In this document: piece by piece, positions 15,560 through 24,128 of the stretch | How positions within the stretch are numbered: the stretch's first letter is position 1 | How the letters are laid out: every line of letters begins with the position of its first letter | Assembly: GCF_900105015.1 (NCBI RefSeq) | Contig: NZ_FNLK01000005.1 | Span: forward strand, 270,001 to 302,000 | Direction of reading: 5' to 3' | Source of the DNA: Schaalia meyeri | GTDB lineage: Bacteria > Actinomycetota > Actinomycetes > Actinomycetales > Actinomycetaceae | DNA length: 32,000 nucleotides | The notes under the pieces: model-generated | Databases searched by the model: none | Seen by the model: only the letters and a program-made list of their open reading frames with translations | Told to the model about the DNA's origin: nothing | Made by a program: the position numbers and the translations under genes

Positions 15560-15643
15560 GCAATGTGATGCAACTCATTTCACATAGTGCCCGGTCGGAC
15601 GCGTGGACTTTCGGGGGTGAAATGCACGTAGAATAATGGCGTT

Positions 15644-16336
15644 ATGAATGAATCGAATCCCCCCGCTAAGAGGCGCTTCTACCGAAATCTCCTCGACGCA
15701 TATCGACTGACCGCACGCACCTATCCGGCGATTCCGTGGATCCTTTTGGGCACCGCCGCGCTTGTTATCGCCGTTTCCCTTCTCGCGGCTTGGCTGACCA
15801 AGACCCCGTGGATAGGCTGGCTGGTCGTCGGCGTCATGGGATCGTTCACCGCCATGCTCGCCATCTTGAACTTCCTCGCGCGCCGCGCGCTTTTTGCGCA
15901 GGTTGAGGAAACGACCGGGGCCGTCAAGGTGGCGCTCTCACAGATCCAGCGAGGTTGGATCATTCCCGAACAGCCCGTCGCATACACGCGCGAGCAGGAT
16001 CTCGTCTGGCGGATCGTGGGCCGCCCCGGAGTCGTTCTCATCTCCGAGGGCCCCTCCTCCCGCGTCCGTGGTCTGATGCAGGCCGAAGCGAAGCGCGTCA
16101 ACAAGGTCATGCGCAACGTCCCTGTGCACCAGATCCAGGTTGGGCGAGATCAGGGACAGATTGCGCTCCGAGACCTTCAACGAAAGCTGCGCAAGCTGAA
16201 GAACACGCTCACCTCCGAGGAAGTTCCCCAGGTGTCCGCACGAATTAACGCGCTCCGCTCGGGCGAGCCTCCGATCCCGAAGGGCATTGACCCGCTGCGA
16301 ATGAAACCTTCGCGCCGCGCGCTGCGCGGGAACTGA
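15644..16336 (+). CDS. DUF4191-family membrane protein
   Basis: 230 aa. The N-terminus is RFYRNLLDAYRLTAR followed by two TM helices and a basic C-terminus. This family is typically linked to lipoate/2-oxoacid dehydrogenase loci in Actinobacteria. Confidence 0.8.
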   Translation: MNESNPPAKRRFYRNLLDAYRLTARTYPAIPWILLGTAALVIAVSLLAAWLTKTPWIGWLVVGVMGSFTAMLAILNFLARRALFAQVEETTGAVKVALSQIQRGWIIPEQPVAYTREQDLVWRIVGRPGVVLISEGPSSRVRGLMQAEAKRVNKVMRNVPVHQIQVGRDQGQIALRDLQRKLRKLKNTLTSEEVPQVSARINALRSGEPPIPKGIDPLRMKPSRRALRGN

Positions 16337-16531
16337 GCCGGTGAGTCGGCCCCCAACATACGCACTACGCACCTGTTTGCATATTTCTTGCTGACCGTCC
16401 GCAAGAACATGGACCGGGAAAAGACATGCGACATCATCCGGTTTTCAACGATATTCTAGGCATCTACGCCCCAAAATTGATGCGCCAGCAGGCGCAAAGA
16501 TCGATCCGCCCGTCACGCGGTGACATGAACC

Positions 16532-16602
16532 TTAGCGCATAATATGCTTATTGATGCATAATAGTGCATAATGGTGGCAACAGTGAGGCACCCGGGCCTC
16601 AC
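16532..16602 (+). promoter_or_regulatory. AT-rich promoter/operator-like region with three GCATAAT repeats, plus a 5'-UTR hairpin upstream of the ABC transporter operon
   Basis: GCATAAT occurs at 16537-16543, 16556-16562 and 16566-16572. The hairpin pairs GTGAGGC (16583-16589) with GCCTCAC (16596-16602). It lies just before RBS GGAAGG and ATG 16621. Confidence 0.3.
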
Positions 16603-16620
16603 CCCATCGGAAGGCAGACC

Positions 16621-17556
16621 ATGACCATCACTAAGGCACGCGTGCTCATCGCATGTACGGCAGCACTCACGCTGTCCCTTGCTGCCTGTGCGGACCCGAC
16701 GACCACGGCTTCCGGGGATTCGACCACAACGAGCACGGGCGCCGCTCCCACCTACGACGTGTCCTCGATTCCCACGGTTGACGAGATCGCAGCCCTGGTT
16801 CCCGACGAGGTCAAGCAGCGCGGGACGCTGCGAAACGGCGCGTCCGCCGACTACGCGCCGGCCGAGTTCCTGGGGGAGGACTCGCAGACCGCTCAGGGCT
16901 ACGACGTTGACATCACCAAGGCGCTTGCCAAGGTCATGGGCCTTAAGGAAGGAACCACACACCACGCCGAATTTCCGGCGATCATCCCCGCCCTCGGAAC
17001 GAAGTTTGACGTGGGTCTCTCCTCCTTCACGATCACATCTGAGCGCGAGGAACAGGCGAATCTCATCTCCTACGTTGAGGTCGGATCCGCCTTCGGTGTC
17101 GCAAAGGGTAACCCTAAGAATTTCGATCCAACCGATCCTTGCGGCAAGACGATCGGCCTGCAGACCGGCACCGCCCAAGAGGACTATGCGAATGAGCTCT
17201 CCGATCGGTGCATGGCGGCCGGCAAAGAGAAAATCACCGTCATGCCGCACGACCTACAGACCGATATCGCCACGAAGGTCATCGGTGGACAATATGACGC
17301 GACTTTCGCCGACTCCACCGTCATCGGTTATACGGCTTCGCTCTCGAGCGGACAGCTCGAACAGATCGGCGACGTCATCGAGTCTGCTCCGCAGGGTGTG
17401 GCGATCAACAAAGATGACGAGAAACTGACCGCAGCCGTCCAGAAGGCCATGCAGTACCTGATGGATAACGGCTACCTGAAGGACATCCTGGCCACCTACG
17501 GCGCCCACGATGCCGCCTTGACGACGGCACAACTCAACCCGGCGACGAACAACTGA
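16621..17556 (+). CDS. Amino-acid ABC transporter substrate-binding lipoprotein (family 3 SBP)
   Basis: The signal peptide has the lipobox LSLAAC. The SBP_bac_3-like body includes YAPAEF, GYDVDI, FDVGLSSFTIT and GVAINKDD. ATG 16621 is preceded by GGAAGG. Confidence 0.85.
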   Translation: MTITKARVLIACTAALTLSLAACADPTTTASGDSTTTSTGAAPTYDVSSIPTVDEIAALVPDEVKQRGTLRNGASADYAPAEFLGEDSQTAQGYDVDITKALAKVMGLKEGTTHHAEFPAIIPALGTKFDVGLSSFTITSEREEQANLISYVEVGSAFGVAKGNPKNFDPTDPCGKTIGLQTGTAQEDYANELSDRCMAAGKEKITVMPHDLQTDIATKVIGGQYDATFADSTVIGYTASLSSGQLEQIGDVIESAPQGVAINKDDEKLTAAVQKAMQYLMDNGYLKDILATYGAHDAALTTAQLNPATNN

Positions 17557-17563
17557 GGATCTC

Positions 17564-18529
17564 ATGGCAATCATCAAAGACGGCGTCGAGTTGATCGATG
17601 CGAAGCCTGTTCCACGCCCGGGGCGGTGGGTAAGCGCAATCGTCGTCGCGATCCTTGCCGCAATGGCCATCCACGCCCTCGTCACAAACAAAAACTTCCA
17701 GTGGCAGGTCGTGGCCCAGTGGCTGTTCTCTGTGTCGATCATGCAGGGTGTTCTCTTTACGATCATCCTGACGGTTCTCGCGATGCTCATCGGCACGACA
17801 CTTGCCATCACCATGGCGATCATGCGCCAGTCGGTGAACCCGGTGCTCCGTTGGGTTGCGATGGCCTACATCTGGTTCTTCCGTGGCACACCGATCTACA
17901 CGCAGCTGATCTTCTGGTCGCTGCTTCCGACCCTGTACCCGACTCTTTCGTTCGGTGTCCCCTTCCTCGGCTCCCTGTGGGGCTGGGAGATCACGTTCGA
18001 CACTGCCACCTATTTCACACCGTTCTGGATGGCTTTCATCGGCCTGGGGCTGAATGAGGGCGCGTACCTGGCGGAGATCATGCGCGCCGGCTTGCTCAGC
18101 GTGTCGAAGGGACAGTGGGAGGCCGCGACCGCTCTCGGCATGCCGCGTACAACCATCTTCCGCCGGATCATCCTACCCCAGGCGATGCGCGTCATCGTTC
18201 CCCCGATCGGAAACGAAACGATCTCGATGCTGAAGACGACCTCGCTCGTGTCTGCGATTCCTTTCACCCTGGAGCTGACGTTCATCGCACGTCAGCGCGG
18301 CCAAGCGGCGTTTGCGCCGGTTCCGCTGCTGATCGCGGCAGCAATCTGGTACCTGGTGATCACGAGCCTTCTCATGTGGATCCAGTCGTTTATCGAAAAG
18401 TACTTCGGCAAGGGATTCGAGCGGCGCGATAACGCGGCCGCCGCGGGATCCGCCCACACGGCTGGCAGCGCCGACTCTATGGACGAAAAGAACGCCACGG
18501 CACTGAAGTTTTTGGATGTGACACCATGA
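17564..18529 (+). CDS. Amino-acid ABC transporter permease (HisM/GlnP type)
   Basis: Multi-TM protein with the EAA loop [35 protein letters not shown] is GAGGA. Confidence 0.9.
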   Translation: MAIIKDGVELIDAKPVPRPGRWVSAIVVAILAAMAIHALVTNKNFQWQVVAQWLFSVSIMQGVLFTIILTVLAMLIGTTLAITMAIMRQSVNPVLRWVAMAYIWFFRGTPIYTQLIFWSLLPTLYPTLSFGVPFLGSLWGWEITFDTATYFTPFWMAFIGLGLNEGAYLAEIMRAGLLSVSKGQWEAATALGMPRTTIFRRIILPQAMRVIVPPIGNETISMLKTTSLVSAIPFTLELTFIARQRGQAAFAPVPLLIAAAIWYLVITSLLMWIQSFIEKYFGKGFERRDNAAAAGSAHTAGSADSMDEKNATALKFLDVTP

Positions 18530-19299
18530 CGATTGAAACACCCATGGTCTCCGTTCGCGGGGTCCACAAATTTTTCGGCAACCTCCATGTCCTGCAGGGT
18601 ATCGATCTGGATATTGCCTCCGGCGAGGTCTGCGTGATTCTTGGTCCGTCCGGTTCCGGCAAGTCCACCCTCTTGAGGTGTCTCAACATGCTGGAGGACA
18701 TCAGCGCGGGTCGAGTCTTCGTGGACGGACAGCTCCTGGGTTATCGCGAGGATGACAAGGGAGTTCTGCACGAACGGCACGATAAGGAGATCGCCGCGCA
18801 GCGTTCTCGCATCGGCATGGTGTTCCAGCGCTTCAATCTTTTCCCGCACAAGACTGCCCTGGGCAACGTCATGGAGGCGCCGGTCCAGGTGCTGAAGCGG
18901 CCGAAGAGGGAGGCTCGCCGCCAGGCGCTGGAGCTTCTCGATCGTGTGGGTCTGGCCGACCGCGCGGACCACTACCCCGCCGAGCTTTCGGGTGGACAGC
19001 AGCAACGAGTGGCTATCGCTCGCGCGTTGGCAATGGACCCGGAGATCATGCTTTTCGACGAGCCCACCTCGGCCCTGGACCCCGAGCTCGTCGGCGAGGT
19101 GCTCCAGGTCATGCAGGACCTGGCGGCGTCGGGTATGACGATGGCTGTCGTGACGCACGAGATCGGCTTCGCTCGCGAGGTCGCTGACAGTGTTGTGTTC
19201 ATGGACGGCGGCGTCATCGTTGAGGCGGGTTCCCCCACCGAGGTGATCGATCACCCGCAGTCGGAACGCACGAGGGAGTTCTTTTCGAAGGTCCTCTGA
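18526..19299 (+). CDS. Amino-acid ABC transporter ATP-binding protein (GlnQ-like)
   Basis: Walker [10 protein letters not shown], signature [15 protein letters not shown] and Walker [13 protein letters not shown] are present. There is an ATGA overlap with the permease gene. Confidence 0.9.
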   Translation: MTIETPMVSVRGVHKFFGNLHVLQGIDLDIASGEVCVILGPSGSGKSTLLRCLNMLEDISAGRVFVDGQLLGYREDDKGVLHERHDKEIAAQRSRIGMVFQRFNLFPHKTALGNVMEAPVQVLKRPKREARRQALELLDRVGLADRADHYPAELSGGQQQRVAIARALAMDPEIMLFDEPTSALDPELVGEVLQVMQDLAASGMTMAVVTHEIGFAREVADSVVFMDGGVIVEAGSPTEVIDHPQSERTREFFSKVL

Positions 19300-19400
19300 C
19301 CGGGGCCATCCTTTTGGCCCGTTCCAGCCCGTTTCGCACACCGGGCCGGTGAGGCGGGCGTGCCCGTCGCCTTTCCGCCTTAAGGACGGGCGTATCACGC

Positions 19401-21014
19401 TCAGGTGAGCGTGACGAGATCCAGGTAGCTGTCGTCCCACAGGTCCTCGTCCGCATCGGGCAGGAGGAGAACGCGCTGCGGGTTCAGCGCCGTGACGGCC
19501 CCCGGGTCGTGGGTGACGAGAACGACGGCACCCTCGTAGTCACGCAGGGCTGACAGGATCTCTTCGCGCGAGGCGGGATCAAGGTTGTTGGTGGGTTCGT
19601 CGAGGAGCAGAACGTTCGCGCCGGAGACGACCAGAGTGGCCAGTGCCAGTCGGGTCTTTTCTCCGCCGGAAAGAACGCAGACGGGCTTGTCGACGTCCTC
19701 GCCTTGGAACAGGAACTGACCGAGGATGTTACGCACGTGCGTGTCGTCAAGGGTGGGGGCGGCCTCGGCCATATTCTCGCGAACAGTACGGTGCTCATCA
19801 AGCGTTTCGTGCTCCTGGGCGTAGTAGCCGAGTTTCAGCCCGTGGCCCGCAATGACGCTGCCCGAGTCGGGCTGCTCGATGCTCGACAGGAGGCGAAGAA
19901 GCGTGGTCTTTCCGGCGCCGTTCAGGCCGAGCACCACGACTTTGGAGCCCCTATCGATCGCAAGATCCACGCCGGTAAATACTTCGAGTGAACCGTAAGA
20001 CTTGGACAGTCCCTCTGCCGTGAGGGGTACTCGCCCGGAGGGCGCGGGGGAAGGAAAGCGCAGCCGCGCCACCTTCTCCTGGACGATGTCCTGCCCGGCC
20101 TGGGCGAAGAGCTCCTCGGCGCGCCTGAGCATCTGCTGCGCTGCAACGGCCTTCGTGGCTTTGGCGCGCATCTTCTCACCCTGTGCCTTGAGGTGTTCAG
20201 CCTTTTTCAAGGCGTTTGCGCGTTCCTTGCGGCGGCGCCGCTCGTCTTCCTCGCGTTGTTTCAGGTACGCGGACCACCCCAGGTGGTACATGTCGACATG
20301 CGCGCGGTTGGCATCGAGGTAGAACACCTGGTTGACGGTGTCTTCCAGAAGCTTAACGTCGTGGGAGATGATCATGACGCCGCCCGGGAAGGTCTTGATC
20401 CAGTCGCGCAGCCAGAAGATCGAATCGTGGTCAAGGTGGTTCGTCGGTTCGTCGAGGAGCAGAACGTCAGCGTTGGAGAAGAGCACGCGCGCCAGCTCGA
20501 CCCGGCGACGTTGGCCTCCGGACAGGGTATCCAGTTTCTGGTCCAGCACGCGATCATTGAGCCCGAGGGAGTGAGCGATCTGGGCCGCCTCGGACGCGGC
20601 CGCCCACCCTCCCTGGTGAGTAAACTGCTGGTCGAGCTTCACGTAGCGCTCCATCGCCCTCTGCTGGCGCGCCCCCTCAGTCGTGGACATCTCGTGTTCC
20701 GCTTGACGGATCCGAGCGATGATAGAGTCGATACCGCGCACGGAGATGATGCGGTCCCTGGCCTTCATCTGCGGGTCGCCGACGTGAGTGTCCTGAGCGA
20801 GGTACCCGACCGTACCTTTCGACGTGATGGTTCCCGTATGCTCCGCTGCTCCCCCTCGGTCTCCTTCTCCCGCAAGCAAACGCATCGTCGTAGTTTTCCC
20901 CGCTCCGTTGCGTCCCACGAGGCCGATACGCATTCCTTTATCGACGCAAAAGTTCGCGTGGCGCACAAGGTGGCGAGCACCGATCCTCAGAGAAAAGTCC
21001 TGAACGTTAATCAC
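19401..21014 (-). CDS. ABC-F family ATPase (two ABC domains, charged inter-domain linker, no TM)
   Basis: Two Walker A motifs (GRNGAGKTT, GLNGAGKTT), two signatures (LSGGQRRR, LSGGEKTR) and the linker REEDERRRRKERANALKKAEHLKAQGEKMR are present. GTG 21014 (VINVQDFSLRIG) fits family N-termini better than ATG 21041. Confidence 0.85.
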   Translation of the reverse strand: MINVQDFSLRIGARHLVRHANFCVDKGMRIGLVGRNGAGKTTTMRLLAGEGDRGGAAEHTGTITSKGTVGYLAQDTHVGDPQMKARDRIISVRGIDSIIARIRQAEHEMSTTEGARQQRAMERYVKLDQQFTHQGGWAAASEAAQIAHSLGLNDRVLDQKLDTLSGGQRRRVELARVLFSNADVLLLDEPTNHLDHDSIFWLRDWIKTFPGGVMIISHDVKLLEDTVNQVFYLDANRAHVDMYHLGWSAYLKQREEDERRRRKERANALKKAEHLKAQGEKMRAKATKAVAAQQMLRRAEELFAQAGQDIVQEKVARLRFPSPAPSGRVPLTAEGLSKSYGSLEVFTGVDLAIDRGSKVVVLGLNGAGKTTLLRLLSSIEQPDSGSVIAGHGLKLGYYAQEHETLDEHRTVRENMAEAAPTLDDTHVRNILGQFLFQGEDVDKPVCVLSGGEKTRLALATLVVSGANVLLLDEPTNNLDPASREEILSALRDYEGAVVLVTHDPGAVTALNPQRVLLLPDADEDLWDDSYLDLVTLT

Positions 21015-21151
21015 TCTCCAAGAGTAGAGGCCGGGACCCATGTGGGCGAATCAACCCGCCACCGCGGGTGCTCCTGACCCCATGTGGTGCGAAATACGGG
21101 CACAATGGGTGTCGTATGTAAGTTTCCCACCGTCATTTCAAGGATTTTCCC

Positions 21152-21841
21152 ATGACAGAAAGCCCGATCCCATCTGGATCGGCGCGCCCATCGCGCGCCC
21201 TCGACATCGTCTCCGTTGCCTTCGTTGCGCTCCTACTCATTTCAAATATCGCCGCCACGAAGGCGTTCATGGTGGGCTCCACCACCCACTACCTCATTTT
21301 TGATGGGGGTGCCATCCTCTTTCCCCTGACCTACATCATCGGAGATGTCCTGTCGGAAGTGTACGGGTTCGCCCGCGCACGGCGCGTCATCATCATGGGT
21401 TTTGTGGCCTCGTTCCTGGCCTCCCTGACCTTCTTCATCGTTCAGTACTTGCCCCCAGCCCCGGACTATGACAATCAGGAAGCGTTTTCGGCAGTCCTGG
21501 GCGTCGTGTGGCGTGCGGTCGTAGCGTCCCTGGTCGGGTACCTGGCGGGTCAGCTTCTGAACTCCTACGTGCTCGTATGGATCAGGAAAAAGTGGGGGGC
21601 CAAGCACCTGTGGGCTCGGCTCATCGGGTCAACAATCGTCGGCGAAGCGGCCGACACGATTCTTTTTTGTACAATCCTCTTCTACGGTGACATGACGCTG
21701 GGCAACTTCGTTAACTACACGGTGACAGGCTACTTTTACAAGGTTCTGCTTGAGGTGGTTCTCCTGCCGCTGACATATCCGGTGATCGCATCGATCCGCA
21801 AGGTCGAGAGCCTTGAACGCGACGAGGTGTTCGCCCAGTGA
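21152..21841 (+). CDS. yhhQ: YhhQ/DUF165-family 7-deazapurine (queuosine precursor) transporter
   Basis: 229 aa and multi-TM, with the conserved FDGGAILFPLTYIIGDVLSEVYG and STIVGEAADTILF motifs. Confidence 0.85.
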   Translation: MTESPIPSGSARPSRALDIVSVAFVALLLISNIAATKAFMVGSTTHYLIFDGGAILFPLTYIIGDVLSEVYGFARARRVIIMGFVASFLASLTFFIVQYLPPAPDYDNQEAFSAVLGVVWRAVVASLVGYLAGQLLNSYVLVWIRKKWGAKHLWARLIGSTIVGEAADTILFCTILFYGDMTLGNFVNYTVTGYFYKVLLEVVLLPLTYPVIASIRKVESLERDEVFAQ

Positions 21842-23163
21842 ACGCGAACTGGCTGCAAGCCCCTTCCCCCGACGCAGTCGCAGCTTTCGACGCCACAGCC
21901 GCGTCCGGCGCGCACTCCCCGGACCGGGGCTTTGAGATCAACGCGCGACTGCACACCAACGGAGGCTTGGGACGCACCGGCATCATCCGCACGGCGCACG
22001 GCGATATCCGCACGCCCGCCTTCATTCCCGTTGGAACCAAGGCGAACGTGAAGGCACTCACCCCCGAGATGGTGCGCTCGCTTGGCGCACAGGCGGTCCT
22101 GGCAAACGCCTATCACCTCTACCTGCAGCCGGGATCCGACATCATCGACGAGGCGGGCGGCTTCGCGGCATTCATGAATTGGGCGGGACCGACCTACACC
22201 GACTCGGGCGGTTTTCAGGTCCTGTCCCTGGGCGCCGGATTCAAGAAGGTGCTCTCGCAGGAGTTTTCCGGGCAAGCTGATCCCAACGATCCGGCACTCA
22301 ACGCACAGGCGATCAAGGCATCCAACGCGGTCGTCGATGACGACGGCGTCGTGTTCTCCAGCCACATCGATGGCTCGAAGCACCGTTTTAATCCCGAGGT
22401 GTCGATGGGAATCCAGCACCAGCTGGGCAGCGACATCATGTTCGCCTTCGACGAACTGACCAGCCTGCTGCACCCGCGTTCCTACCAGGTCGAATCGCTG
22501 GAGCGCACACACGCCTGGGCCGCGCGCTGCCTCGCCGAGCACAAGCGGCTCACCGAGCAACGCGCGGGTAAACCCTACCAGCAGCTGTGGGGGGTCATTC
22601 AGGGAGCCCGGTGGGAAGACCTGCGCCGACAGGCTGCACGAACCATGGCTCGCATGGAGGTGGACGGTCAGCGCTTCGACGGCTTCGGCGTCGGCGGTGC
22701 GCTCGAGAAAGAGAACCTCGGAACGATCGTCTCCTGGGTATGCGAGGAACTGGGAGAGGACCGGCCGCGCCACCTGCTGGGCATCTCCGAGCCCGAGGAC
22801 CTTTTCGAAGGGGTCGCCGCCGGCGCGGACACCTTCGACTGCGTGAATCCGTCGCGGGTGGCCAGGAATGCGGCCATCTACACGCCCGACGGCCGTTTCA
22901 ACATCACGAACGCCCGCTTTAAACGCGACTTCACCCCCCTCGTTGACGGCTGCGGCTGCTACACGTGCACGCACTACACGCGCGCGTACATGCATCACCT
23001 GTTCAAGGCGAAGGAAATCCTGTCAGCCACCCTGGCGACGATCCACAACGAATGGTTCACGCTGCGCCTGGTTGACGGGATTCGCGCCTCCATCGAGGAT
23101 GGGTGTTTCGACGAGTTCCGTTCTGATATGCTCGGCCGCTATCTGGCCGGGCGCCGCCACTGA
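21838..23163 (+). CDS. tgt: tRNA-guanine transglycosylase (queuine tRNA-ribosyltransferase), divergent long form
   Basis: TPAFIPVGTKA, YTDSGGFQV, LWGVIQG, SEPEDL and the Zn site CGCYTC...H are present. The GTG start overlaps the yhhQ stop (GTGA). At 441 aa it has an N-terminal extension and an internal insertion relative to the E. coli type. Confidence 0.9.
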   Translation: MNANWLQAPSPDAVAAFDATAASGAHSPDRGFEINARLHTNGGLGRTGIIRTAHGDIRTPAFIPVGTKANVKALTPEMVRSLGAQAVLANAYHLYLQPGSDIIDEAGGFAAFMNWAGPTYTDSGGFQVLSLGAGFKKVLSQEFSGQADPNDPALNAQAIKASNAVVDDDGVVFSSHIDGSKHRFNPEVSMGIQHQLGSDIMFAFDELTSLLHPRSYQVESLERTHAWAARCLAEHKRLTEQRAGKPYQQLWGVIQGARWEDLRRQAARTMARMEVDGQRFDGFGVGGALEKENLGTIVSWVCEELGEDRPRHLLGISEPEDLFEGVAAGADTFDCVNPSRVARNAAIYTPDGRFNITNARFKRDFTPLVDGCGCYTCTHYTRAYMHHLFKAKEILSATLATIHNEWFTLRLVDGIRASIEDGCFDEFRSDMLGRYLAGRRH

Positions 23164-23178
23164 GAGTCAGGAACACAG

Positions 23179-24075
23179 ATGAGTTTCAACGACAATGTCC
23201 ACCTGGATCCTTCCCGCGTGCGCTCCTTTGGTGCGAGGCGCAAGGCGATGGGCGTGGGCGGCGGTTCGATCCTGGGACTGCTGCTGATTCTTGTCTTCTC
23301 ACACGTCACCGGTATCGATCTGACACCCCTCATCTCTTCGTCGCCGACGCCCTCCGCCTCCTCGTCCTCAGCGGTCGACGTTTCGACGTGTCGCACAGGA
23401 GCGGATGCGAACGACCGCGTGGAATGCCGGATGGTCGCAACCGCGCAGTCGCTGGATCAGGTGTGGAAAGAACAGCTGGCGGACCAGAACACGGGCGTGA
23501 GGTACGAGCTTCCCGACTTCCAGATCTTCACGAACTCGGTGTCCACGGCGTGCGGGAGCGCGACCAGCGCGGTCGGCCCCTTTTACTGCCCCGGAGATTC
23601 AACGGTCTACCTGGACCTCGGTTTCTTCGATGACATGGTCTCACGGTACGGGGCAGCGGATTCCCTGCTCGCCCAGGAGTACGTCGTTGCGCACGAGTGG
23701 GGGCATCACATCCAGAATCTTCAGGGCGTCTTCCGCGCGCACGACACGCGCGAGTTTGGTGATCAAGGTGCGGGCGTGCGCAGCGAGCTCCAGGCGGATT
23801 GCTACGCGGGAGTCTGGATGCACTGGGCATCGACGACCGCTGATCCCTCGACGGGCATCCCCTACCTCGTAACACCGACAGCCGATCAGGTACTGGGAGC
23901 GCTCGAGACCGCACGGGCTATCGGCGATGATCGCTTGCAGGCCAAGTACCAGGGCTCATCCAATCCAGAAACCTGGACGCACGGGAGCGCAAATCAGCGC
24001 GCAGCGTGGCTCCAGCGCGGCCTCGATACGGGTGATATCGCAACGTGCGACACCTGGAGTGCGGCTCGCGTGTGA
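23179..24075 (+). CDS. Putative neutral zinc metallopeptidase (YpfJ/PF04228-like) with N-terminal TM segment
   Basis: FYCPGDSTVYLDLGFF, the HEWGHH zinc motif and ELQADCYAGVW are present. Confidence 0.85.
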   Translation: MSFNDNVHLDPSRVRSFGARRKAMGVGGGSILGLLLILVFSHVTGIDLTPLISSSPTPSASSSSAVDVSTCRTGADANDRVECRMVATAQSLDQVWKEQLADQNTGVRYELPDFQIFTNSVSTACGSATSAVGPFYCPGDSTVYLDLGFFDDMVSRYGAADSLLAQEYVVAHEWGHHIQNLQGVFRAHDTREFGDQGAGVRSELQADCYAGVWMHWASTTADPSTGIPYLVTPTADQVLGALETARAIGDDRLQAKYQGSSNPETWTHGSANQRAAWLQRGLDTGDIATCDTWSAARV

Positions 24076-24128
24076 GCGCGATTCGCGCCACTCGCTACAA
24101 TCGTTGGTGCCGACTTTCAGGAGGATAC

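Noticed and set aside
19300-19400. Terminator hairpins between the convergent ABC ATPase and ABC-F genes (GGGCCA-N6-TGGCCC at 19303-19320, and a CCTTAAGG palindrome at about 19378-19385)
   Set aside because: The stems are short (6 bp) or are only a restriction-site-like palindrome, and there are no convincing T tracts. Support is too weak to annotate.
18292-19440. 382-aa minus-strand ORF antisense to the ABC ATPase gene. Similar long antisense ORFs occur at 21736..22998, 16513..17250, 12386..13033, 11650..12354, 20193..21077, 3473..4381 and 27243..27944.
   Set aside because: All are mirror-frame ORFs of well-supported genes. They have Arg/Gly/Pro-biased composition, no family resemblance and no RBS or start context.
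21015-21151. Possible preQ1 riboswitch upstream of yhhQ
   Set aside because: I could not find the short P1 hairpin followed by the A-rich tail pairing into the RBS that defines preQ1-I, nor preQ1-II/III features. The region looks like an ordinary divergent promoter. An Rfam scan would settle it.
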